Below, piece after piece: positions 28,703 to 37,624 of a DNA stretch of 63,893 nt. A program made the position numbers and the translations under genes. Each line of letters opens with the position of its first letter. The stretch's first letter is position 1. Origin of the DNA: Myxococcota bacterium. Lineage in GTDB: Bacteria > Myxococcota_A > Bradymonadia > UBA7976 > UBA1532. The notes beneath the pieces were generated by a model, which worked only from the letters and a program-made list of their open reading frames with translations, did not search any database and was not told where the DNA came from. Location: positions 1 through 63,893 of the forward strand of contig JAYZEG010000061.1 of the NCBI GenBank assembly GCA_036337435.1. The letters are read 5' to 3'.

Positions 28703-31700
28703 ATGTCAAAATTGGAATACGCAGAACTGCATTGCCACAGTGCATTTTCCCTATTGGACGGTGCATCACAACCAGAATCACTGATCGATAGAGCCATCGA
28801 ACTTGGCTTAAAGGCCATTGCACTCACAGACCACGACGACCTGGGCGGTGTAGTCAGGTTCGCCTCCCGTGCAAAAGAGCACGGAGATTACCCAGCGATC
28901 ATTGGTGTAGAGTTGACCCTAGTTGACGATGCTAGAGCGCATCACCTCACGTTGCTCGCCAGGAACAGTGATGGCTATTTAAACCTCAGTAAACTTGTAG
29001 GAATCGGGCGTTTATCTTCAGGCCGAGGTCGACCTGGCGTCACGATGCAAACGCTTCAATCTCATTGTGAAGGACTCTTATGTCTGAGCGGATGCCCCCA
29101 TGGAGCCATCACTCAAGCCATTGCTCGTGGAGACCAGCTCAGTGCCCGCCGAACGTGTCAAATCTTAAGAGACACGTTCGGCGAACACTTCGCCATCGAG
29201 GTCATGGATCATGGACTTCCGGAGGAATCATTGTGGGCCAAAGAGCTGGTGTCGCTGGCCTGTGATCTCCAATTGCCTTGGGTTGTTACCAACAACGTCC
29301 ACTATGCAAAAGCACAAGAGCGAAAGCTCCATGATGTTCTCGTCTGTCTAAAACATAAGCTCACTCTCGATGAGGCGAGAGAACACCTCCGTCCAAATGG
29401 AGAATGGTACCTTAAGTCAGCCCAGCAAATGGCCTATCGTTGGCGGCATAATCTAGAAGGGCTGGCCGCCAGTGTTAAACTGGCTGAACGGTGTGAGTTT
29501 AGGCTCAATGACCTTGTCGTCCCCCTCCCACAAACGGTTCTACCGAAGTCGTTTGGATGCCAGAATGATTACTTGGAACACCTGACAATCACCGGGGCGA
29601 AAATGCGCTGGGGCCTTGCGATGACCCCGACCCATCATGAACAACTACAAAAGGAATTCGATCTCATTAGACGCCGAAAACTCGCAGGCTATTTCTTGAT
29701 TATGAATGAGATCATTGAGTTTGCTGAACAAGCTCATATTTTAGTTCAGGGACGCGGTTCTGCTGCAAATTCTGCCGTCTGCTATTGCCTCGGCATCACA
29801 GCCGTAGACCCAATTCGACATGATCTTCTCTTCGAACGGTTTCTCTCCGATGCACGGGATGGATACCCAGATATCGACCTAGATATCGAACACCATCGCC
29901 GAGAAGAAGTGATTCAATTTGTCTACGATCGATACGGTAGAAATCATGCCGCAATGGTGTGCGCTCATCACTGTTTCAGGGGTCGAAGTGCCGTTCATGA
30001 TACAGCCAGAGTGCTGGGGTTTGGCGTCGATGAAGGTGCCCGTCTAGCTGCCCAGGTAAGCCGCGAGAAAGGCCTTGATGCAGTGGGTGTAAAAGCGGCC
30101 GGATTTGATGCTGAAAGTCCCCGGGTTCGAAGTTTACTGGAGGTCGTAAATGGACTGTGGGGACTGCCACGCCACCGTGGGACTCATGTAGGTGGATTCG
30201 TTTTAAGCACACAAGCGATTACGGAGTTTTGTCCTGTAGAACCTGCCGCAATGGATGGGCGGACCATTATCCAGTGGGATAAGGATGATCTGGATGCTCT
30301 TAAAATACCCAAGTTTGATCTGTTGGGACTCGGTATGTTGAGCGTCCTGTCTGAAGGACTGAGATTGGTCCGTAACAACCATAAGATCCCTGCATATCTC
30401 TACGGTTTACCAGACCGACAGGAAGTCTACGATATGGTTGCTCGAGCGGACACCGTTGGCGTTTTTCAAATCGAAAGCCGGGCCCAAATGAATAGCCTTC
30501 CGAGAACTCGGCCATCAACTCTCTATGAACTGGCAATACAAGTGGCTCTAATCAGACCTGGCCCCTTACAAGGAGATATGGTCCATCCTTATATTCGGCG
30601 TAAACGGGGAGAGGAAGCCATCGACCTGATTCACCCAAAACTCGCGCCAATACTCAGACGGACTCTCGGTATCCCCTTATTCCAAGAGCAGGGTATGAGG
30701 CTCGCTGTTGATGCGGCTGGTTTTACCGCGAATGAGTCTGAACAGCTTCGTCGATCCATTAGCAGTTCGCGTCATCGCGCAAACTTTGCTCCCCTTCTCA
30801 AAAAGTTACGTTCGGGTCTTCGAGAAAATCAGATCTCCGATGAGGTTGTCGAACGAATCATCCAGCAAATTGCCTCTTTCTCGACTTATGGTTTTCCAGA
30901 GAGTCACAGCACATCCTTCGCACTCTTAGTTTATGCATCATGCTGGCTGAAATGTTTTTACCCTGCGGAGTTTTTATGTGCCTTGATCAATGCACAGCCG
31001 ATGGGTTTCTACTCCGTTGACACATTGATCAATGACGCACAACGCCACGGTGTTGATGTCAGGCCACCCTGCCTGTCCGAAAGTCATTGGCAGACGAGGC
31101 TTGAGGGAACAAAGGTGCGGTTGGGTTTACACCAAGTCACCGGCCTCGGACGAAAAGCGATGGACACACTTCAACACGCTCGTTCTGCTGGAGCGTTTAA
31201 GTCTGCTGATGATGTCATAAGGCGAGTCTCACTCAGCCAGGCGTCTTGGTTAACCTTGGCTGAATCTGGGGCATTTGATCGATTTATCCCTGAGGGTCGT
31301 CGCGCGGCCATATGGTCGGTTTTACACATCTCGAAAGCAGCGCATGATTCACTTGACTTGAGGAACTCTGACGAGTCGCCGGTTCAGTTCCAGAAACTCA
31401 CCTCATTGGAGAAAACCATTGCTGACTTCAAGACGCTTGGCTTGACGACAGGGCGGCATCCCATGCTCCATGTAAGACACGAACTTAAAACGGATTCAGT
31501 ACTCACATCGACGGAGTTGAGGAATTGTAAAAATGGACAATGGGTCACAGTGGGTGGCCTCGTCATATCACGTCAGCAGCCAGAGACGGCAAAAGGTTTT
31601 GTCTTCATCTCTCTCGAGGATGAGACTGGGTTTGTAAACGTTATTGTCGCCCCTCAATCATATGCAAAAAACAGGAGGCTGATTCTGAACTGTAAGTGTC

Positions 31701-31819
31701 TTAAAGTATCGGGCACACTCAGTTGTGAACAAGGCGTCTATAATCTCAAAGGGATTCGTTTTGAAGCCATCGATTTCAATTCGAGCGAGTACCTGCCCTC
31801 CGGCTACAACTTCCGATGA
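28703..31819 (+). CDS. dnaE2: Error-prone DNA polymerase DnaE2 (ImuC)
   Basis: PHP YAELHCHSAFSLLDGAS, GRGSAANSAVCY, PDIDLD, QWDKDD, FQIESRAQM, YGFPESH, NAQPMGFY, and OB-fold RQQPETAKG...LEDETG. Confidence 0.97.
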   Translation: MSKLEYAELHCHSAFSLLDGASQPESLIDRAIELGLKAIALTDHDDLGGVVRFASRAKEHGDYPAIIGVELTLVDDARAHHLTLLARNSDGYLNLSKLVGIGRLSSGRGRPGVTMQTLQSHCEGLLCLSGCPHGAITQAIARGDQLSARRTCQILRDTFGEHFAIEVMDHGLPEESLWAKELVSLACDLQLPWVVTNNVHYAKAQERKLHDVLVCLKHKLTLDEAREHLRPNGEWYLKSAQQMAYRWRHNLEGLAASVKLAERCEFRLNDLVVPLPQTVLPKSFGCQNDYLEHLTITGAKMRWGLAMTPTHHEQLQKEFDLIRRRKLAGYFLIMNEIIEFAEQAHILVQGRGSAANSAVCYCLGITAVDPIRHDLLFERFLSDARDGYPDIDLDIEHHRREEVIQFVYDRYGRNHAAMVCAHHCFRGRSAVHDTARVLGFGVDEGARLAAQVSREKGLDAVGVKAAGFDAESPRVRSLLEVVNGLWGLPRHRGTHVGGFVLSTQAITEFCPVEPAAMDGRTIIQWDKDDLDALKIPKFDLLGLGMLSVLSEGLRLVRNNHKIPAYLYGLPDRQEVYDMVARADTVGVFQIESRAQMNSLPRTRPSTLYELAIQVALIRPGPLQGDMVHPYIRRKRGEEAIDLIHPKLAPILRRTLGIPLFQEQGMRLAVDAAGFTANESEQLRRSISSSRHRANFAPLLKKLRSGLRENQISDEVVERIIQQIASFSTYGFPESHSTSFALLVYASCWLKCFYPAEFLCALINAQPMGFYSVDTLINDAQRHGVDVRPPCLSESHWQTRLEGTKVRLGLHQVTGLGRKAMDTLQHARSAGAFKSADDVIRRVSLSQASWLTLAESGAFDRFIPEGRRAAIWSVLHISKAAHDSLDLRNSDESPVQFQKLTSLEKTIADFKTLGLTTGRHPMLHVRHELKTDSVLTSTELRNCKNGQWVTVGGLVISRQQPETAKGFVFISLEDETGFVNVIVAPQSYAKNRRLILNCKCLKVSGTLSCEQGVYNLKGIRFEAIDFNSSEYLPSGYNFR

Positions 31820-31843
31820 GATTATGACGAAGTCGCGTCAGTC

Positions 31844-32878
31844 TCAAGCACCAAGGGAGTGACTCAGGGTCTCTCTGGCCGCCACCTCTGGCTCACGCTT
31901 CCAAGCGTTGTTCATTTCTCTGGTCACGGCGATTAGACCCTGCCCATACCCGATACAATGATACGGAACGTCATTTTGTTCAGCCCAGGCTCGGGTCACC
32001 TGAGACGCCATTTTCAAGTTCTGATGGGGAATTCTCGGAAAAAGATGGTGCTCAATCTGATACTCCAATCCAATGAAGAAAAATGACAACCAAGAGGGCA
32101 GAATGAGGTTTCGTGTCGTTTCAAATTGCAATCGGATGGTGTCTTTTGAGTCCCGATAAACCGGCATGCCAATGTGTGCAGGCGAGAATACCATCGATAA
32201 AAACAAGCCGACAAGTGACCAAACTCCGACGTAAAGTAGCAAGCCGTTGAGTCCGAAGAAATAGGTGGGCAGAATAATCCAGAAGAGAATATGAAGCCCC
32301 AGACTGGCCGTATCCCAAACCACGTCTTTATCAAAACCTCGGTCACGAATCGAACGATACATAAACGCCAATGACGAGGTGCGCATACTCCAAACCAACA
32401 TCAGACAAAGGGGCCAAAATGCAAATCCCTGTATGTGTCGCTGAAAAAACCGACGCCAACCCGATGAACGGCGGTATTCAGTGGCTGTAGACACCATGGG
32501 CCACAACTGAATATCTGGATCTTCGTCGACTACATTGGGCTTCGAGTGGTGCTTCACATCATGCTTCCAGCTCCAATACTGTGCGCTCACACCGCCAAAG
32601 ACAGGGAAAGCGATGTGGAAGAGCAATTGATTTCGAAGCGGGCTGCTGGAGAAGCTTCGATGACTGCCTTCGTGACCCATCATCGCAAAAGCTGCGGAGA
32701 AAAACGCCGTTGGCACCACCAAAATAACAGACACCCAAAATGATGCTGTTGCTTGTGCAAATAGACACCCCGAGATACACCCTGCAAAGAACAGAAGCTT
32801 AAACCAACTTGCGGCTTCTCGACGCTCAAACGCACCGGATGAACGCAACTCTCTTCTCAAACTGTTTAGATTAAGCAT
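31844..32878 (-). CDS. Membrane fatty acid desaturase with front-end-type histidine boxes
   Basis: His boxes HEGSH, HDVKHH..PN and QIEHHLFP; AAGGAG RBS before ATG 32878. Confidence 0.92.
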   Translation of the reverse strand: MLNLNSLRRELRSSGAFERREAASWFKLLFFAGCISGCLFAQATASFWVSVILVVPTAFFSAAFAMMGHEGSHRSFSSSPLRNQLLFHIAFPVFGGVSAQYWSWKHDVKHHSKPNVVDEDPDIQLWPMVSTATEYRRSSGWRRFFQRHIQGFAFWPLCLMLVWSMRTSSLAFMYRSIRDRGFDKDVVWDTASLGLHILFWIILPTYFFGLNGLLLYVGVWSLVGLFLSMVFSPAHIGMPVYRDSKDTIRLQFETTRNLILPSWLSFFFIGLEYQIEHHLFPRIPHQNLKMASQVTRAWAEQNDVPYHCIGYGQGLIAVTREMNNAWKREPEVAARETLSHSLGA

Positions 32879-33037
32879 TCGAGACTCCTTTTCGCCCCTG
32901 CCCTCTTGGACCACGCCAAACGACCTTAGCGAAAAGAAATCAAAAGGTTTGTAAAGCTCCTGTAAATCTTAGCCAACACAACAGAAACAGCCCGGTTGTA
33001 AACCAGGCTGTTTGATGTCCAGTCGAAAACGAGATTC

Positions 33038-33742
33038 CTAGAGTGACTTGCAGACGAAGAGCATGGCGCTGTGGTAGGGGTTGAACTTATCACCCTCACA
33101 ATCACCATAGCCTTTATGCAAGACGATGTTTGCCCTGGACTCACAAACCTCCTCGGCCCAATCCGTCAAGGTTTCATTGGACTTGCAACTGCCTTCCCCA
33201 CCGATGACAAAAGACGTGTACTTGACCTCAAATTCCTCGGAGAACGAACAGTAGAAACTCACTGCATTATGTCCACGACCACCATGTTCTGGGCCAAACG
33301 TATTGGCAGATAACTCACCGCCGAGCTTTGCACATACATTGGACATGACATCTTTCCATTCGCGTCTATTTCCATATCCGTCGCCCAGCCCTGGGGAAGA
33401 CTCCACCTGTTCACCATCGTCAGCTAGCTCGTCGGTTTCAAGTATGTCAATTGCCGCAAAGTCGAATTCGTACTGATCAAATCGCCCATGCAAATCAATG
33501 TCATTTTGGCTTGGATCAACGTCATCCAACTCGACATGACTCGCCGCCAAATCGATATCCAATGCATTCACTGACAACGCGTCTGTGCCGACAAAGCGCG
33601 TGACATCCACATGGACAGCCTCTTGACTGGGCGCATAATTGGCACCGACAAAATCTTCGCTCATATCCCCGCAACCGATTGTTGCGCTCGCGGCAAAAAT
33701 GGACGCCATCAAGGTTGCTGCTGTTCGTACATTACTCATCAT
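33038..33742 (-). CDS. Lipoprotein with acidic linker and small Cys-rich C-terminal domain
   Basis: GGAG RBS; signal ending TIGC; C-terminal WK....NVC...FYC and SCKS...W.EEVC...DC...FVC segments that look like a duplication. Confidence 0.75.
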   Translation of the reverse strand: MMSNVRTAATLMASIFAASATIGCGDMSEDFVGANYAPSQEAVHVDVTRFVGTDALSVNALDIDLAASHVELDDVDPSQNDIDLHGRFDQYEFDFAAIDILETDELADDGEQVESSPGLGDGYGNRREWKDVMSNVCAKLGGELSANTFGPEHGGRGHNAVSFYCSFSEEFEVKYTSFVIGGEGSCKSNETLTDWAEEVCESRANIVLHKGYGDCEGDKFNPYHSAMLFVCKSL

Positions 33743-34064
33743 TAAAATCTCCAAAGTGATTCGTTTTAAGGTTCAAAATCGTGTTATCGCGCGCCGGCTC
33801 AATGGTGCTCTGAATCAAAGACACACGGAGCGTGTTCGCCTTACCTGAGGCGTCGATAACAGGCCCTGTCGGTCTCGAATAAGAGTGCCAAAAAGCGGTT
33901 CGTTCCCGTCGAATTTCATCGTTCCAACGACCGCGCGAAAGACAATACTCCTCTACCCCCAAAGATCTCACAGGTCGCTGAGAAAAAAATTTAAGAATTC
34001 TACCAAAGGAGCGGAAACAACCGAATAATTTCAGACACTTAAGCCTAAAAATTTATTTCCCTTA

Positions 34065-34088
34065 AAATATGAAATCCCCGAAGGGATC
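34065..34088 (-). terminator. Intrinsic terminator after the alpha/beta hydrolase
   Basis: Minus strand reads GATCCC-TTCG-GGGATT followed by TCATATTTT, starting 8 nt after the stop; C(UUCG)G tetraloop. Confidence 0.6.
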
Positions 34089-34096
34089 GATTTTGT

Positions 34097-34921
34097 TCAG
34101 GTCGTGTTTCGGTGGAAATGGCTCGCGAGTAGATCATTGACGAGCTCTGCCTTTTGAAAGATCAAGCCGTGGCCGGCATCTTCCAGATTGAAGAGGGTTG
34201 CTTTCGGTATCAGCGACTTGAGATGGTCAGAACAGGTCGGGGGCACCAGAATGTCGGAACCCGCTTTTAGAATTAAGGTCGGTACGCTCATCGTCTTTAG
34301 ACGATGGCGCGTATCGTGACGCATCACAGCTGCAAGTTGCGCCAAGAGAGTTGATTTCGGCGCAGGGCGACTCAGACGTAATCGCATTCGTTTATGGAGT
34401 TCTCTTCGATCCGTTTTGGCCAAAAACTCGCTTGGATATAAAAGTTTTTCTAAGGCTGCAATGCGCTTAGGGCCCCTCGAGAGAAACGCTCTCATGAACG
34501 CCTGAAAGCCTGAAAAACCAGGCCATTGACTCCCGAAATGCCCGCCTGGGTGAGTCACAAGTAAGCTGAGCGACTTAAATCGATGGGGGTGTTTGACCAC
34601 CATTTCTTGCGCGATCATCCCGCCCATGGAGACGCCGACTAAATGACATCGGTCCCACCCTAACGAGTCAAGGACATGAAAAGCATCCTGGGCCATGTCT
34701 TTCATCCACCAGATGGAATCAGAGCCGCTTTGGCTCAGGCCAAGACCCCTATGGTCAAACCATGCAACGCGATGTTTTTTGGACAAACCATCGATCTGTG
34801 GACGCCATACCTCACCTCGCATACCGAAACCCATGACCAATAAAACAGCCTCTCCAGTGGTCCCAGCGGTCCAATACCGAATGGGCGGTTCGCTCTGCGT
34901 CTCGGCTGTTGTCTCTGTCAT
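34097..34921 (-). CDS. Alpha/beta fold hydrolase
   Basis: FDHRGLG.S, nucleophile elbow GVSMGG, GSD.LVP and DAGH (Ser-Asp-His triad); GAGGAG RBS. Confidence 0.92.
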   Translation of the reverse strand: MTETTAETQSEPPIRYWTAGTTGEAVLLVMGFGMRGEVWRPQIDGLSKKHRVAWFDHRGLGLSQSGSDSIWWMKDMAQDAFHVLDSLGWDRCHLVGVSMGGMIAQEMVVKHPHRFKSLSLLVTHPGGHFGSQWPGFSGFQAFMRAFLSRGPKRIAALEKLLYPSEFLAKTDRRELHKRMRLRLSRPAPKSTLLAQLAAVMRHDTRHRLKTMSVPTLILKAGSDILVPPTCSDHLKSLIPKATLFNLEDAGHGLIFQKAELVNDLLASHFHRNTT

Positions 34922-35061
34922 CAGACCACTCCTCTTTAAGTATCTTCATTCAGACGCCACGGGATAACCAGTAAAAGTTAGCTTAAATGGGTCTATTCCG
35001 GCCTTGGTTGGACATGGAAGCATGATAGACTAAAAATAGAGAGCACGGCGGTGAGGCGCGT

Positions 35062-36120
35062 ATGAAACTCGGATTGATCGAAGGTTTTTACGGTGAGGAG
35101 TATTCTTGGCAAACCCGTCGCCATTTGGCGCAGTTTATGGCCCAAACGAATCTTTCATTTTATCTCTACGCACCCAAATCAGCGAAATACCTGAGACGTG
35201 ATTGGCGTACGGACGTGTCTGGCCAGTCGATGGATCAACTGCTGGCATTTAGAGACGACTGCCGAACAAACCAAATCGAATTTGGTTTGGGATTAAGCCC
35301 ATATGGCCTACATCATGATTGGCAAGCAGATGGACGCGCAGATTTAGTCCGTAAGATCAGATCACTTCAGCATCTTGAGCTGGATTGGCTTGCGATACTC
35401 TTCGATGACATGCCGGGATCACTCCCCGGACTAGCAGGCACGCAGGCTGATATACTCAAGGTCGTCACAGACCAGCAAATCGCCAGTCAGTATTTGATGT
35501 GTCCTACCTATTACACCGATGCGCCAATTCTTGACCGGCTCTTTGGCAAACGGCCTCAGAAGTATCTAGAAGATCTGGGGCAGGCATTAGATGATGCGGT
35601 CAATGTTTTTTGGACTGGTCCGAAGGTTGTCTCATCGGACTATTCCCAAGCGCATCTGGAATCCGTTCTCGAACGCCTGGGTAGGAAGCCTTTCATTTGG
35701 GATAACTACCCGGTCAATGACGGTCCGAGGATGGCAAATTTCCTTCATGTGGAAGCACCGATTCGTCCTCGTCAAAATTCAAAATACGCCGCTGGCTGGG
35801 CCATTAATCCCATGAATCAAGGGCATCTGAGTCAAATCCCGATCTATGCGACCGCAAAAAGTCTACTCGAGGGCGATACGTCAACGGTTGAAGATGCGAC
35901 CATTGCCGCCATCACGGCTTGTCTACCTCCGCCATTGGCACGATACCTGGTACACGATTATAAGGCGTTTCAGTCCCTTGGATTGTCGACATTTAGCGAC
36001 GAGCAAAAGGCCCTGTATCGCGCGCGCTACGCCAATTACGATCATCCAGTGGCAAACGAAATCGTCCGGTGGCTCAACGGTGAATATGTTGTGAGCAGCG
36101 ACATCCTCACGGACACCTAA
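35062..36120 (+). CDS. GH84 beta-N-acetylglucosaminidase (O-GlcNAcase/hyaluronidase-like), catalytic domain only
   Basis: G.IEGFYG, YLYAPK, LFDD catalytic pair, CPTYY, FWTGP.V, IWDNYPVND and NPMNQ. Confidence 0.92.
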   Translation: MKLGLIEGFYGEEYSWQTRRHLAQFMAQTNLSFYLYAPKSAKYLRRDWRTDVSGQSMDQLLAFRDDCRTNQIEFGLGLSPYGLHHDWQADGRADLVRKIRSLQHLELDWLAILFDDMPGSLPGLAGTQADILKVVTDQQIASQYLMCPTYYTDAPILDRLFGKRPQKYLEDLGQALDDAVNVFWTGPKVVSSDYSQAHLESVLERLGRKPFIWDNYPVNDGPRMANFLHVEAPIRPRQNSKYAAGWAINPMNQGHLSQIPIYATAKSLLEGDTSTVEDATIAAITACLPPPLARYLVHDYKAFQSLGLSTFSDEQKALYRARYANYDHPVANEIVRWLNGEYVVSSDILTDT

Positions 36121-36548
36121 TTAGCAATGAACGATTGCAACATGAGCGTGCTTCAATAGGCATTGGGTCACTTTAATTCTGTGAACGGTGGTTATCCAGA
36201 CGGGCTGCACCCACGAGGCTCGCGGCACGGGACCATCATAATTTTGTCCAGCACGCCACAGCACAAGGCCTTGAGAATTCACATTAGACCCATCGGCAAA
36301 TATGTTGTGTCGTTCGTTACGCATCGTATCAGATGACTTTCGTGCTCTACCGCAACAGTCTACTCCGTTCGCGCAGGTAGAGCGATCCGACAGCCTTGAA
36401 TCAATTCGACACGGGACATCGGAAAATTCGGCACGGACACCGACTATTTTGGACATTGAGTCAACAACACACATTCAATAGGATGGGCCAAATGGGTGAC
36501 AGTCCGCTGGCCCATGCGAGACGGCTTGTCGAGTTTTAAGAGAGAGTG

Positions 36549-37169
36549 ATGCACCAACGAGATTTAGACAGCTTGCTACCCGACGGTGTCTCGCCCGTGT
36601 TCAATCGATGGCTCAATGCCTACGCTGTCCGCCTGCGACTCAAAGCACCGAGGCAGACGCGCCTCGCCGATTTTTCGGTGCCCGGACTCGGCGAGATACC
36701 AACGATTACATTGAATACAGACCTTGCACCATTTCAATTCATGGTGACCCTGACCCATGAGATCGCACACCTCTACACATGGTACCGTCATGGTTCACGC
36801 GTGCGGCCCCATGGTCCAGAGTGGCGCAAAGAGTTCCGCGAACGACTCCTCGAACTCGCCGCGGTCAAAACCCTCCCAACAGCACTTCGTGGTGCCCTTC
36901 GGAAACATGCACGTAAGCCCACGTCAGCAACGCATCACGATCCCCATCTACTCAACACACTGCGGTTACTGGATGGAGACGACAGCTTGTGTTTGACCGA
37001 TATTCCAATCGGCGGTCAGTTTCTCTTTCGTGGCCGACTCTTTCGTAAAGTCAAAGACGCACGGACCAGGAGTCGGTGCGTCGACCAATCGTCGGGCATC
37101 GAATATCACATTTCCAAGGTCGCCCCCGTCGAGCGCGTGCCCATCGCCAGAACAGAAAAGCCATCATGA
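36549..37169 (+). CDS. SprT-like zinc metalloprotease
   Basis: TLTHEIAH (HExxH) plus PHGPEW; small C-terminal beta domain. GTG 36546 is an alternative start. Confidence 0.88.
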   Translation: MHQRDLDSLLPDGVSPVFNRWLNAYAVRLRLKAPRQTRLADFSVPGLGEIPTITLNTDLAPFQFMVTLTHEIAHLYTWYRHGSRVRPHGPEWRKEFRERLLELAAVKTLPTALRGALRKHARKPTSATHHDPHLLNTLRLLDGDDSLCLTDIPIGGQFLFRGRLFRKVKDARTRSRCVDQSSGIEYHISKVAPVERVPIARTEKPS

Positions 37170-37624
37170 ATGGAATTCGCATCATGCTCTTTCTCGCGGG
37201 GCTGCTGGGCTTGGCGGCATTGCAACTTCCCCTCTATGAATGTATCTCAGCCGACGGAATCCACCTGTCTGTCTCGCAATTTGATGGACTCAAAAAACAG
37301 GTTCTCGTGTCCGAAAATCCAGTGGTTTGTCCCAAGTTAGTGCCGGTCAAAACGAAAAGCCTCGAAGCCCTCTTTATGACCAGCTCAATCCTGCCCGGCA
37401 TTCTTCTCTTGCTGGCCTTAAATTCTATATCTCGAGCGAGCCCTCGGTCTTACCGCGCGATGATGGCACTCGGTTGTCTGCAGTGCCTCGTCGCACTCTG
37501 TGCAATCTATTTAATGCGAGACCAAATCGACGGAGTGGGTCTGGGCAGTTATAGCGCAGGTCTCGGGGGCCTGCTGGCAATCATCGGATCTATGCTGGCT
37601 TTCGCTCAAATAAAAACAGCCTAA
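37166..37624 (+). CDS. Hypothetical membrane protein, about 4 TM helices
   Basis: ATGA overlap with the sprT-like stop; four hydrophobic segments; G.G.Y motif before the last helix. Confidence 0.75.
   Translation: MNGIRIMLFLAGLLGLAALQLPLYECISADGIHLSVSQFDGLKKQVLVSENPVVCPKLVPVKTKSLEALFMTSSILPGILLLLALNSISRASPRSYRAMMALGCLQCLVALCAIYLMRDQIDGVGLGSYSAGLGGLLAIIGSMLAFAQIKTA

Noticed and set aside
26394..31819. imuABC cassette as a mobile island
   Set aside because: It looks slightly more AT-rich by eye, but I saw no integrase, transposase, tRNA or flanking direct repeats, and the cassette is a known chromosomal feature of myxobacteria.
36121..36474. 117-aa minus-strand ORF
   Set aside because: No RBS or recognisable motif and an unnatural composition; not called as a gene.
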